Shown: piece after piece, positions 13,861 through 27,273 of the stretch
Layout: the number at the start of each line of letters is the position of its first letter
Position numbering within the stretch: the first letter of the stretch is position 1
The notes under the pieces: generated by a model
What the model was told of the DNA's origin: nothing
The model's input: the letters and a program-made list of their open reading frames with translations, nothing else
Database searches by the model: none
Translations under genes and position numbers: made by a program
From: Paramecium tetraurelia
Taxonomy: Eukaryota
Direction of reading: 5' to 3'
Assembly: GCA_000165425.1 (NCBI GenBank)
Contig: CT868163.1
Span: forward strand, 186,001-250,000
DNA: 64,000 nt

Positions 13861-16800
13861 ATGCTGAAACCTAAGATAAGCAACCCAAACAGTATTGCAT
13901 TAATTAATTTAGACAAGATTACTGGATGCAAGGTTGAAGGTCAAATCAAACCAAAAATGACAATAAAAGAAAGTAAATAATAAGGATATACAGAATCAGA
14001 TTAATAGGATATTTTCATGGCTAGCAAGTAAAATCCTAGTCAAATAGTTACACCCAACAAAACCAAGAAAAAGAAGAAGAAAAAATCTAAGAAATCCTCT
14101 TAGAAATCAAAAACTGAAATACAAAAAAGTGGTTTTAAAACAAAAAAGTCTATTTCGTAAGTTATTCCATGGGGTGTGAATCAGCAGAGACTACGCAATT
14201 ACATTTTAGCTGAACAATAGAAATATTATAATGCGATTTAACGTAGAAATACAAGAACAACTGTAGACCTCAAAGAAAGAAGATAATAAATTGGCACATC
14301 ATTTTTAAACTAATACATCGAAAAGAATCTTAAATCAATGATGAAAAGTAATATGATTTATTAAGCTAGAGAAAAAATCTTTCCATGATGAAAATCAACC
14401 TAAGCAAAAATTAAAAATATCAACTGCTTTGTAATAATAATACAAAAAGTTGGGAAGCAAATCTAAAAATTTCAATATTCTACCAAATCGAATGAAAATG
14501 AGTTTTATTCACTATCCTAGTCCTGCTTAGAAAGTATAAAAAAGAAATAGAAGTCTCTCGTAAGGTTAACAGAATAAGCCAATTTAAATTAATAGAATTA
14601 GAACCGGTTCTCTTTATGAGAAGCCAGGAACCTTATTTGAAGCTCCTAATTTATAATTGAAGTTCAATAAAGCAGAAAAGCAAAAAAGGATTGTTTTATA
14701 ATATTAAAACATCGAAGAGAATTATCTAAATTATAAAAAACTAGGGTGTAATTCATCAAAAAATTAATCAAAACCCCAATCATCTCTTTATAAATTAATG
14801 AGCAACTCAAGCAGCAATAATATTCCAAATGACAGTGATGGAGAATAAAATATTTAAGACTTGGATGATAGCTTTTATAGTTAAAAGAATATTCTAGATA
14901 CTCATTCTGAAGAAGAAGAAGCATAAAAAATTGAAGAAACAAACATCTTTTAATGTACTTTTCCTGAAAATTATAATGAAGAATATTATTTCAAAAAAGA
15001 AAATTTTAAGAAGATTACTTTACCTTAAAATACTTACTCTGTTGAAAATTAGGCAGCAGTGATCATTTAAAAGGTATGGAAAGGATATTAAGTACGAAAG
15101 AAGATTTTTAAATCTAAATTCTAATAGAATAAAGATAATAAAACTAAGGATGGATTAAATTTAAAAAGTTTAACCAAATCTCAAATTAATAAACTAATCA
15201 AATTTGGATTTCTCAAAAAAGGATCAATAGATAACTCATAACTTATAGATGAATCTAGCTTTGTAAGTCAGTCTAGACCCAATTCTTAAATAGATAATTA
15301 AAAGGATACAAAAAAGATTAATGAATCAAATTAATATTAAAAGTTCATAGAAAACTTTTAAGATGATTTAGATTGCAGGCCTAACTCGTCTAATCAATAG
15401 AACTAAGTTTCAAGTAAATTTAAAGACATTTAGTTACAAATAATATCTGAGTATACTCCTGAAAAAATTAAGAAATCATATCAACATTCTCAAGATGAAT
15501 CATTTGGAAATTAAAAATCGAAAAAAATTAGTAAATTATCAATCGATGTTGAAGAGTAAGAAGAGGAGAATAAAGTTGATATTGGAGAAATAAGATGTGC
15601 TTTTGGTTCAGAATCATTATTAAAGAGTCTTTCTTAAGAAGGTGAATAATCATTCTAATAAGACAAAGGGCTGTTTGAATAAACATCATTCTAAGACTTT
15701 GTTATGAATAAGTTTAAAGAACTTATGTAAAGAGACAAGATGGACTAATTAATTGCTTTAAGAGAAGAGGCAGTTCAATAAAGACAATAATAATCTTTAA
15801 GGTAAATTGATAAAGCCTTTTAAAATAATCAAATATCCCCAAGGACTTTCGAGGTTTAACAAAGGAAAGTCGAGAAGTGGGTTAATAAATAAAAAAATGA
15901 TTTAGAGTAAAAAAAGAGGGAGATTCTCAAAGGATAACAAAGTGTGTTTGATGCTATTGTGAAAACTTAAAGAGATTTGCAATTTGTGAAATAAATGCTA
16001 TCTTCATAAAATTCTTAAACATACATCAAAATAGTTGATAACTTAAGCTAAGAATCAGCAAATTATAGTGAAAATTCCTTAAAGAGTTCAATTATTGATA
16101 TTTAAATATCAAATTCTTAAATGTTGCAATCTTAACAAGATGATAAAAATAAAGCTTATGATGATGTAGTAACAATTTAGAGAAAAAGCAATAATATATT
16201 AGAGGAGAAAGAATTAATTTGTCCTGAACCCTTCAATCTAAAAAAATTGGCTTAATCTTAGTTTGTTAGAAATGTGGAACAGCTCAAAGAACCATAAAAA
16301 ATATCTGAAAAATGTGCAGATTCATATTCTATTTTAATTTCAAATATGCTGATATAAGAAGAAGTGAATAGTTTTTATATAGAAATGTAAAGAGATGGCA
16401 TTGATTTATATGAACTAATCAGCAAATCTTAATTCAATAATAAGAATTAGATTGTTTAGCCAAAAGAACAAAAGATTCAAGGTTTGAAAACAAATGTTGC
16501 ATAAATTAAATCATATCTCAAATATTTGGAAGAGTATTTGATAGGTAACAAATTATCTTATGTCTTTTAGATAATTTAATGATTCAAATCTAGAGAATTA
16601 TCAACATTCCATTGGGTCCATCCTCTCAATTAATGCTTAAGTTTCTTCAACCAATAAGAGACTCAGCAGAGTCAGACTATGATTCAAATGGAGCTTAGCA
16701 ATAAATCATTCTCAATGTAGAGTTATTTGGTAAATTTGAAAGATTTTTAATGGAATAGCGAATCATTAATCATCAAAATAAACTCATAATTGAATTAGAA

Positions 16801-17261
16801 CATATTCATAATAAAGCAATATTTGATTCTTTAAACGAAGCACTTGATTAGTTTAGACCATATGGTCTACATGGATAACCATTTTTGTGGAAATCTGACC
16901 CAACCAGATTGAGAGCAAGGGAAAATTAATTGACCGATGTACCTCAAATCATCAGGAAAGCCTCAGACAAAGTCATAGATTGGAGTCATTACATGGCAGG
17001 GATCTTGGTTGATAAAGAGGATTCACCATTTCCAAAATCTATGTAATTAGACCAAGAAACCATAGCTTAAATACGAGAAGACAGACTCTATAGAATGTTA
17101 ACATTAGATGTATAATTTAATTGTGAGAATTATAGATTATTGATAATGAAGATAGATGGACAAATTACGATGAAGAGACTACTGAAATCTCAATAGATTT
17201 ATCAGATCTATTGTTTGATTTTCTGATTGAAGAAGTAGCTTATGAGATGTATAAGAAATGA
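13861..17261 (+). CDS. IQ-motif and DUF4378 (CEP350 C-terminus-like) protein
   Basis: IQ motif AAVIIQKVWKGYQVRKKI near 15053; coiled coil ISPRTFEVQQRKVEKWV; C-terminal HIHNKAIFDSLNEALDQFRPYG...EDRWTNYDEETTEISIDLSDLLFDFLIEE. Confidence 0.7.
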
Positions 17262-18216
17262 TGTTTTTGTTGAATATATTAAAATTCAGTTGTTTTAATT
17301 CTTCATGTCTAATTTTTAATTGCATAGAAACAATAACCTCTCTTTTTTTATTTAAAATCAATTTTATTTATGCTCTAAATATAAATTAATAATATTACTG
17401 CAAACTCGAATTCAAATTGATTTATGATTTTCTTAAGCCAAATTTTAAATGAGTTTAATTAAGACTTTAATAAAATTATTTATAAAAAGAATTATGAATC
17501 CCACTACTATTTCCTATGAGTGATCGACATATAAACAAAGTTTTGTAGTCTATCTTATTCTTCTTATACAAATCTAATTTGATGTTTTATATTTTAGTAC
17601 ATTAAGATCTTCATTTGATGTCGTCAATCTTGAAATAAAAATTAAGATTATTAGATCGCCATAGTGGATCTCATTAATGCAAAAACATTCTAAATTCTCA
17701 AATTAAGTATTTTTCAATAGTTTCTTTGGGTTTTCTTAAAATCTCTATTCATTTCATTTCTAATTTCTCTTATCATTTAGGGTAATTGTAATTGAGTTTG
17801 ATCTTAATTTACTAGTGTGCTATCAAATCTTCTTTTCTTTTTAGTAGATATTATATAACAATTATTATTTAATGAATTAATAATATTGGAAATATAGCTG
17901 TATTTATAGCAATTTATATGTTAATAAAATTTTAAGAATAATTAATTATTAACTTTCATCTAATTAAACTTCATTATTTGCGTAAACAAAAATTATTCAG
18001 AGCACATGAAAGATCAATTGAAGGTTAAAAATAATAAATATTAATTATGTCCAACTTATTAGGAATAACTAAAAGGATTTATAATATAAGAAAAAATTAT
18101 TCATCAAATAAATAATACTCAAACAAGAGTTATTTTTTATAACCAACCATTAATACTAAAAATTGAATCATATAAATTAAAAAATTAAAATCTTAATTCA
18201 TTAATTAAAATAAATA

Positions 18217-18285
18217 ATGAGAGAAAAGTGGAGAAAGAAGAGAATGCGAAGACTCAAGAGAAAAAGACGTAAGGCACGTAAGTGA
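18217..18285 (+). CDS. RPL41: 60S ribosomal protein L41 (eL41), 22 aa
   Basis: MREKWRKKRMRRLKRKRRKARK*. Confidence 0.95.
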   Translation: MREKWRKKRMRRLKRKRRKARK

Positions 18286-18504
18286 TGCAAGAATGTGATA
18301 AATATAAACATATTTAATTGAACATCTTTTTATTCAAATTATAGCATTTCTTTTTTTTCTTGATTTCTAATAAATGGGTAAGTTCTTAGAGAACATCCTT
18401 TGGCCTTATGAACATTTTTTATGTATAATAGGGACCGCAAAAATTGTTCAATAGAGCTTGTGAAGTTTTGATAAATGCAGTTAATTAATTATTTTTTAAT
18501 TTCA

Positions 18505-20345
18505 ATGGAGCAGGAAGCCTTTCACTAAGTGCAAAACTATATTTTATGTAAATATATGCAATTTAACAAGAGCGTACATTGGGATAAGGAACTTTTGGGA
18601 AGGTGAAATTAGGCTATCATACAATAACAGATGAATATGTATGAGTAATTGTATATTTATTAGGTTGCCATTAAAGTTCTTGAGAAGAACCGTATTGAAA
18701 ATTAGTTTGATTTAATGAGAGTTTAGAGGGAAATAATGATTTTGAGAAAAGTCAATCATCCAAATGTGATAAAATTGTATGAAGTAATAACTTCATTGAT
18801 TAAAGATTTTAGAATCAGAATAGTCTGTGTATTTAGTTATGGAATACGTGAGAGGGGGAGAGCTGTATGATTACATAATAAAGAAAAATTAGTAATGTGA
18901 ATCCTAATTGAATTAGCCTGCCTGAACACATAGCTGTGCGATTTTTCTAGTAGATTATTTTTGCGATAGAATACTTGCATAGCAATAATATTACACATCG
19001 AGATTTGAAGCCAGAGAATCTATTATTGGATGAAAATAAATAATTAAAGATTGCAGATTTTGGTTTGAGTTTCATCTCTCTTACAAAAGGAGAACCATTG
19101 AAAACAGCTTGTGGTTCTCCCTGTTATGCAGCACCAGAAATGCTAGGTATATACATTCAATATCAAAGTCGGTAAATAATATGAAGGGTTAAAAAGTGAT
19201 ATTTGGAGTTGTGGAATAATCTTATTTGCAATGCTTTGCGGTTACTTGCCATTTGAACATGAAAACACAAAAGAATTATATTAATTAATTAAAACGAGTG
19301 ACTTTGAAAAGCCTGCTCATTTATCATCCAATGCAATTGATATATTAACAAAGATCCTTGTTAAGGACCCAGAGAAAAGATTAAATTTTGATTAAATTAA
19401 GTAACATCCTTTTTTTCTAATGCAACCTCCTTTGTAACGAAAGAATTTGAATTTAGATGATTAAATTATAATTTAAAAGATGATGGAAATGGGTTATTCT
19501 CAAAATTAAATTACATTTTAATTGCACGCTAATAAACATAATACTTTAACTACAATCTATTTTTTATTATAAAAAAAATAAAACCAACCTTATAGAAAGA
19601 ACTTCTTTCAGAATATTCAAAACATTGCTAATTTGAAATTGGATATAAATTAAAAAAGACATACTGCTGTTAAGTTCTAACCTTCACAATAAGGATCCCC
19701 AAATTTTGAAAAGTATGAGCTCAGATAATAAAAATTGAGATCGAGAATTGATAATTCTCCTTATCTGTAAACTTAGAATTCATAAAAATTCAAAAAAGTT
19801 AATTTATCTGTATAATCAAAAAGAGTAAGTGTTCAGATTGATAATGCACGCTAAAAGACATATTCAGTGTAAGAGAAATATTCTGATTATCCATAATTCA
19901 TGAATAATGCTTTGTTAGATTCTAAGTAGATTTATGAATATATCTTAGGATTCAAACAAGAAAAAACTCGAAATTATAAGGAAGCATTAAGTTATAGCCA
20001 AAAAAGGAAACAGATAATGGAGTAAAAACAGAGGTAAATGAGGAGATTAAAAACTATTTCAATGGTAATTTGACATAAGTAAGACAAAGAAATAAAACAT
20101 AACCAAACAAAAATGATGAGGCTTTAAAGTTTTTTGATAAAAATTCAAAAGTAAAAGCATCTCATTAAGTATTATTTGATGTAAATTAGATTGTATCCAA
20201 AACACCCTAAAACAATCCCTTTGTTCAAGCTGAAATGAGTAGAACCAAATAGTTACAATAATAGTTAATTGAAAGCAAATACTCTGCATTAAAAAAAAAA
20301 AGAATTGAATTCAAAGTTCAAAGATTATTGGGAAATCAATTTTGA
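18505..20345 (+). CDS. SNF1/AMPK-related Ser/Thr kinase with UBA-like segment
   Basis: [65 protein letters not shown]; several tiny introns. Confidence 0.92.
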
Positions 20346-20439
20346 TTAAATTGTAACAATAACTTATTTAAAAGAGTGATAATAATTGCATTCTTGATGA
20401 ATGCAAGATAATTAATTATTTATTTAATAATGTACAATC

Positions 20440-21092
20440 TCATTACTTTCCATACTCTTTTTAGGTCATTAGATTATAAAAATCATCGAAAGTAACAAAT
20501 CCATCATCATCCAAATCAGCCTAGATTATTTATCAAAACAATTTATACTTTCTTAAACATATGCTAAATTTCTTCGTCTGTCATTTCTTCTCCCAGGTCT
20601 TAAGCTACTCTTTTGAGTTCATCCCAAGTAATTCTACCTTCAACTTATTAAATCAATTACCTTCTTTGTTCCAATCATATAAATTGAATACTTTTTGAAT
20701 TTATTCTCGTGTATCTTTATCACTAATTTTAGCTGTCGCTAGATGTAAAAATTCTTCAAAATCAATTCCTCCAGAATTATCAGTGTCCAATTCACCTAAT
20801 ACTTGATAAATAAATTTATTGTGATATGTTTTAATTCCAGATGCCTCAAAGGCTTCTCTCAATTCTTATGGATCGATCGCTCCTGACCCATCATTATCGA
20901 AAATATCAAAAGCTTAATTACAATTATAATTTTATCATACTTTGACTTCTAAGACTTCCTCTTTTGTTAAATGAGGAGGTTTGGCATAATCTTCAGCATT
21001 GAATCCCTTTTGTTGAGTAGTTTAGATTTTTTGAAAATACCTTTGTTTGGCTAACGTACAGTTTAAGGTTATTTGTCATTTTATCTTGACAT
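20440..21092 (-). CDS. Infraciliary-lattice-type centrin (4 EF-hands); apparent loss of splice acceptors, possibly a pseudogene
   Basis: FNAEDYAKPPHLTKEEVLEVKQAFDIFDNDGSGAIDPQEL...ELDTDNSGGIDFEEF...ELKRVAQDLGEEMTDEEIQHMF.ADLDDDGFVTFDDF. Confidence 0.85.
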
Positions 21093-21133
21093 TAATTAAA
21101 TCGATATTAATTTTAATAAAAAGTATATTATTT

Positions 21134-22411
21134 TCATTTTGCAATGTTTATGAATTCATTATCATCTCCAAATATTTATTCAAAGGATTTCTCTATTTCA
21201 GCTTTTGTTTCTAAAAGTGAAAAAAAAAATAAATCTTAGTATTCTTATTTGAAATGTTAAAACTAATCAATAATAATAGAATTTTACTATTTGCCATAAA
21301 TCCAATAATTCAAGTGCATTACGAATACAGAGACAAACAACAATAGATGGATCAATAAGTGAATTGTGTATCAATTATATATTTTAACAGGTGTAAGACG
21401 CTTGATTTTTTGAAAGATCATCAAAATTCTGAGCGTTTTGTACAAAATGTGGATCCAAATAGATGAGGTAATCTTGAATTCTACCTACAAAATATAAGGC
21501 TCTTTTCGATACTCCACCTATCATTCCTTGAAAATAAGGTAGAGCTATTATTTAATTTAAAACTTCCAAATAATCCTTATTTATGTTTTGAAGACCAATA
21601 CGAGTAGGAAGGAAAATACAAATGCCTTTGTGATCTTATAAATCGAATTGATTATTATTTTTAGCACGCTCTTTCAACCAAATTTCATTACCTTCTTATT
21701 GATTAAACATTTATTGAATTGCATCTTAGAGAATAAAAGCACAATCATAATTAATATATATTTCCATATTTAAGGAGTCTTATTATTAACATTCAATTTA
21801 CATTGGGAGTATTTAAATAAATAGTCTAAGGTTTATAGTATTTCATCAGATTTATACCAATCTCCAGGTTCTTTCTTCAGTTCAACTTTTGCATAATGAA
21901 CAATTTTTTAAATAGAAAATGGAGCATGATAATATTAGTTTTAGTTCTTATGAAACTATTAAATGAAATCAGTCAACTCATTATCATCATCATCTATGAA
22001 ATGTCTAATTAAAACTATCAATTATTCTGGCTTTTTAAAATAATTATAATATCGTATGATTTAAGCCAAAGCCATTTGAGCAACTCTAATCATACATCCC
22101 CAACCTGTATCTGAAGTTAATGAGCTCACTTAAAAATATAAGTAATATAAACCTTAAAATTTTGGAATATTTTTCCTATATGAAAACCAAATAATTTTGG
22201 AACAGGTCTACTTTACTTTTTCAATTCTTTACTTAAAAATTTAATAAATTTCTCTTACTTCTATGTCTGCATCATTTGATATTGTTTCATTCAAAATATG
22301 AATTATTTTGTCCTATTATCTTAATTATTTATCTATATCATAAACATATTAAGTCAAATTAAACTTGGTATTATACCATCTGTTTAGCAAGGATTCACAT
22401 AAGTTTTACAT
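21134..22411 (-). CDS. ATG4: ATG4 cysteine protease (peptidase C54)
   Basis: WFSYRK, LTSDTGWGCMIRVAQM (catalytic Cys), LIYLDPHFVQ (Asp/His), IDPS; C-terminal DDNEFINI. Confidence 0.93.
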
Positions 22412-22465
22412 ATATTATTAATTATTTATACTATTAATACTGATATCTAATATTATAAATAATTC

Positions 22466-25400
22466 ATGGCTAATCAATTTATTGAATATACATCATAAGA
22501 ATTTTTGTAATTGCATTCTTACCTTTTAAATACAAATAACAACACCCTAGAATTAGAGAAAACAGTAATATTTCATTGAGTATTTCAGTTCAAGGAAATA
22601 GAAAAAGCTTGCAATGCATTTTCAGCATCTTTAAAAAAAATTGCCGAACGACTCCACGAATTTGTGAGTAAAGGCACAGGAGATGATGATAATATCGAAT
22701 GTGTCTACTAGTATTTGAGTAACTTTTTACTTTAAAATTCACAATAGTGGTAATAAACAAGTGAAAATTTGAAAAGCGAAGTTTATTTATATTATTATTC
22801 ATTTCTAGGTTCTTGAACCATATCAATTAATTATGAGCAATTACAGAAATATAAACCTGAAATTATCTTCAGAAATGAAAGATTACATTGGAAATATTTC
22901 ATCACTAAATAAGCAAATCTCAGATTAGTAAGAGGAATATATACGCTTAATGCAAAATGCTGATAAGTGCTAGTTACTTATGGAAAGAACAGTTGGAGAA
23001 ATTGCTAAAGGAAATAAAGGCAAGGAAGAATTGGTAAAAGCTTCAGAAAAGCAAATTAAATTAAAAGAAATTGCAGTAGAAGCTTAAGAAGATTATAAAA
23101 AACTCATAGAGAAGGGAAATAAGAAACTAACTGATTTTGATGTGAAGATTAAAGATTGGTATTAGTAAGTATATTTAAATGATGAAAACAGGTAAAAATT
23201 ATAATTGAAATTAGAATCAAGTTCTCTAAGCAAATTATGTTGTCGTTGATGAAAAAGTTAACTAATGAAACTGTCTATTCTATTTACCAAGACAAACTAA
23301 ACTAATTGGAATAACGAGTCACTTAAAAATAACCTCAGGATCTTCAACATTAAATCTAAAGATTGCTAAAAAAAAGTGGAAGTAATTCTTATACTTATTG
23401 AAGCTGATTCAATTTAATTTTCACTTTATGATTAAATTAATTATGATTAAATTAAAAGAGGAGAATGGAAAAAGCAACTGTAATTTTTAGGAAGTGAATG
23501 GACAATGATTGGGGAATAATTGAATGAAGAATAAGCAACAAAAATTATTCAATTCATAAATGATCTTATGGAAAATTTAGAAACTTCAGATGACAGTGCC
23601 AATAACTCAAGAAACAGGTCCTATTCCACATCTTCAACAAAATCAAATTAATTTTTATCACATGAATATTTGGGAGTCAAATAATTGATGACTAAATAAT
23701 CAGGCAGATCATTCTTAATTAAATTGTTATAAAAAGAAATTGAAAAGAGAAAAGTCAAATAATTAAATTTGTTAGAAGATTCTTTTAATGAAGTTAGTTC
23801 TATTTTTAAACATGTATTCTTAATTTTGGATGCTGAATTTGATGTTGAAGAGTTCTATATCTTTTTATAATTATCATTTAAAATTGTAAAAGGGGAAAAC
23901 TCTCATCTGATTTCGAGCTTCTCTAAGTTAGATATTTGGTAAAATAAATAGAAATGGAGATCTTTATATGAACACATTAAAACTACTAAATTTCAATAAA
24001 AATAAGTTTTAGATGATTAATTTAATTTAGTAAAAAAAGGATATGGATTGATTAGCAAAGGATTAAAGAAAATAACTGGAGCTGTATAAGGATAATAATT
24101 TTCAGAAAAAGAAAAATATTAATAACAAAAATACATAGTGTTACATGAGATTGCCACTTTCCTAAGTGAATTAAATGTCTCACCATAATTAGGAACAGAT
24201 GTTATATTAGAACTTGCATTTCATTCTGAAATCAAATTGGAAAAGGTGCAATTAGAAAAAATATTACAAATCATGGAAGAAAAAAATGCTCTAACTTTTA
24301 ACTCAAAGTATTCTTCAGGATTGGGAATGAAATAACGAAAGGAAGATAAGTTTAGAAGATTTGGTTTAAATAATGTTTAATCAAGAGTAATATATGCTAT
24401 TAGGTTATCTATTAAATACTTGTAACATAAGGATAGACCATATTAATTATTATTAGTATCAAAAGCCTTCAAATTTCACTTGAGATTTGCTATTGAAAAA
24501 TATTACCTAATTCACAATAGTTTACCATATTTAGAACAAAATCAATAGATCAGAGCATAAAACTTAAAAGTCTATCTAAGAACTGCTCAAAATCATATGG
24601 ATTACGCACTTAAAAAGTCAGAAGCTTAATAAGNNNNNNNNNNNNNNNNNNNNNNNNNNNNNNNNNNNNNNNNNNNNNNNNNNNNNNNNNNNNNNNNNNN
24701 NNNNNNNNNNNNNNNNNNNNNNNNNNNNNNNNNNNNNNNNNNNNNNNNNNNNNNNNNNNNNNNNNNNNNNNNNNNNNNNNNNNGCTCAGCGACTGCATTT
24801 GAATAAGAGATATAATAATACGAAGAAATTATCACTATGGATGTATAAAGATCGTTTCAAATTCATTTCGACAAAGTTCCTTCTAGTAAACTACAATCAT
24901 TCCTCAGAACTTATGCTTTTCATAATAAAGAGGTTGGATATTGTTAAGGAATGAATTATATTGTAGGATATTTGTATTTGACATTTGAAGATGAGGAAGT
25001 AACCTATATAGCATTCGATTATATTATGAATAACTACTTTTCGTAATATTTTGAAAATGAATTTGAGATGCTGGTATTTATTATATATATTATTTTTATT
25101 AGAAAAAAGTATTCTACTAATATGAGAGATTGTTATTCTTATTTTTACCTAATTTGTATCATCATTTTAAAAAAGTAAATTTCATTAATTATTAAAGTAA
25201 AAAGTCGATGCATCTTATTATTTAACTGCATGGGTTATAACTGTTTTTAGTCAGGTATATCAGTTTACATTACAATCAGCATTACTAAATATTGTATGGG
25301 ATATATTCATCATTTAATAATGGAAAGGTAATGAATCAATTTTATTCAAGGATTTTACAAATGCGTCTTATTTTTGTTGTATTTTTATTAAAAAGAACTA

Positions 25401-25652
25401 CTATAATTAGAATTTGATCAGATTCTCCATTTTTTGAGTGAGATCATAAAAAATGAATTGTTTAGTCTTAAAACGGAGTTATAAGTTTAAGAATATATTT
25501 GTACTAAGTTAAAGATTCCCTCAAAACCTCTAAAAGGAATAATCACAAATTAATTTAATGTTACAAATAGTTTATTGTAATAATTGGAATAGGAATTCAA
25601 TTGCTTTTCAACAAACTTAGAATCATAATTAAAATAATTTAAATATAAATGA
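22466..25652 (+). CDS. F-BAR-like coiled coil plus Rab-GAP TBC domain protein (spans an assembly gap)
   Basis: N-terminal helical region (FSASLKKIAE...EVLEPY); TBC motifs ITMDVQRSF and YAFHNKEVGYCQGMNYIVG, VWDIF; tiny introns. Confidence 0.85.
24634..24783. other. Assembly gap (150 N) inside the TBC gene
   Basis: Run of n bases. Confidence 1.
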
Positions 25653-25665
25653 AATATATTTAGAT

Positions 25666-27260
25666 TCATTAAGATATCCATTTTTATTTATTATAATACT
25701 TGTATGATTATTGAAGATTCCAAATAAATTGGTTATTTAAGCTGTTTTCATCTAAACCAATATCGTCATCATAATTATCCTTTATAGCTTAAACCAATTT
25801 GCTAGGAGACTTTTCAATTATTTCATATGTTATTCCTCTTATATTTGATGAGTTAGATGATTAATTGAGATTCTATCTTAAATGAGATCCTTTAGATTTT
25901 AAATTGCTAATATGTAATTCTAAGAGTATTGATAATTCCGAAAAAGTTATCCTGCGAATAGGATCTTTTTCAAGCATTCTTTATACCATTCTTTAAGCAG
26001 AGGAAGAGATATTTTTCCATTCATCCAATTAAAATCTGATCTAACATTATTTATTTCTTTCTAGTAGCACTTTTATAATAAGATACTAATTCTACCTTCA
26101 TAATTAGTACTTCTAAATGGAAAATTTCCGCAAAGTAAAATATAAAATAAAATTCCTAAACTGAATATTTCGCAATTCTCTGTGTAGGGAGCCAAATCAA
26201 ATAGTTCTGGTGCAATATATCCTGGTGTTCCTTATTTATTTATTAGTTAGTTCTTATTTATTTTCTCGGCAAACCCAAAATCAATTATTTTTACTAATAT
26301 TGGATTAAATTGAGCAATTAAAATATTATCCAATTTTATGTCCCTGTGCACATAGCCGCATCAATAAATTATATTATATATAATACCTATGTATTTCTTT
26401 TAACCCTAAAATGATTTAATGACAAATCTCGCTTGACATCAATTCATGAATTTCATTTTATTTAATCAAATTTGATAATGTTCCTCCTTAAATGTACTCT
26501 AAAATTAAAATTACAACGTCTTCTAATTAAATCACTTCATACAGTTCCACAATGAATTCTGACTTTGCCATTTTTAAAATTTAGCACTCAGATATCACAA
26601 AATCCTATATAATAATAAAAATTACTCTCATTTAATTGCCTAGAATCTTCTATTATAAAGATTAAGAATAAATTTTTGCTGCAAACTTTTTATTTCTTGA
26701 TTCTTCTGGTATCAATTGAGAGACCAAAAAGACAGAACTAAAAGCACCTTAATCTATTGGTTCCAGGATTTTATAAAATCCTTCAAAATTCTAAGAAACC
26801 GAAAATTGTGCTAATTTCTTATACCAATTTATTGTGCATGTTCTATACTTAAAATAAATAAATAATAATACTGATTTTCTGGATTCCAGATATATAATTA
26901 ACAATTTTAATATTTTTAAACGCGAATGGCAACAATTTTTTATTGATTATGATCCTCTTCATTAGTTAATTCAATTTTTTTTATAAAAGTTTAAAGATTC
27001 AATTGTATTTTACCTTTTATTTTAGAATCCTAGTACATTAATGTTCCAGATTTTAGTAATAAATAGGTGTATTTTTTGGGTACAGATTTATTTTTTCCAA
27101 TTCTCATTAGGTTGTCTTTTATGATTATTAAGTTTGCATCTACCTTCTGGTCTATTTTTTTCTCCCAAAATGTATTATTACGTGATTGTCCATATTTAAA
27201 GATAGGCCAATCAATATTATCTATTTTTTCAATTTGGAGAAAATTTTTAGTTTTTAACAT
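25666..27260 (-). CDS. Ser/Thr protein kinase (CAMK-like) with N-terminal extension
   Basis: IDQGAFSSV, FAAK, LEYIQGGTL, VHRDIKLDN, IIDFGF, GTPGYIAPE; one intron with a non-AG 3' end. Confidence 0.88.
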
Positions 27261-27273
27261 AATAAATAATTAA

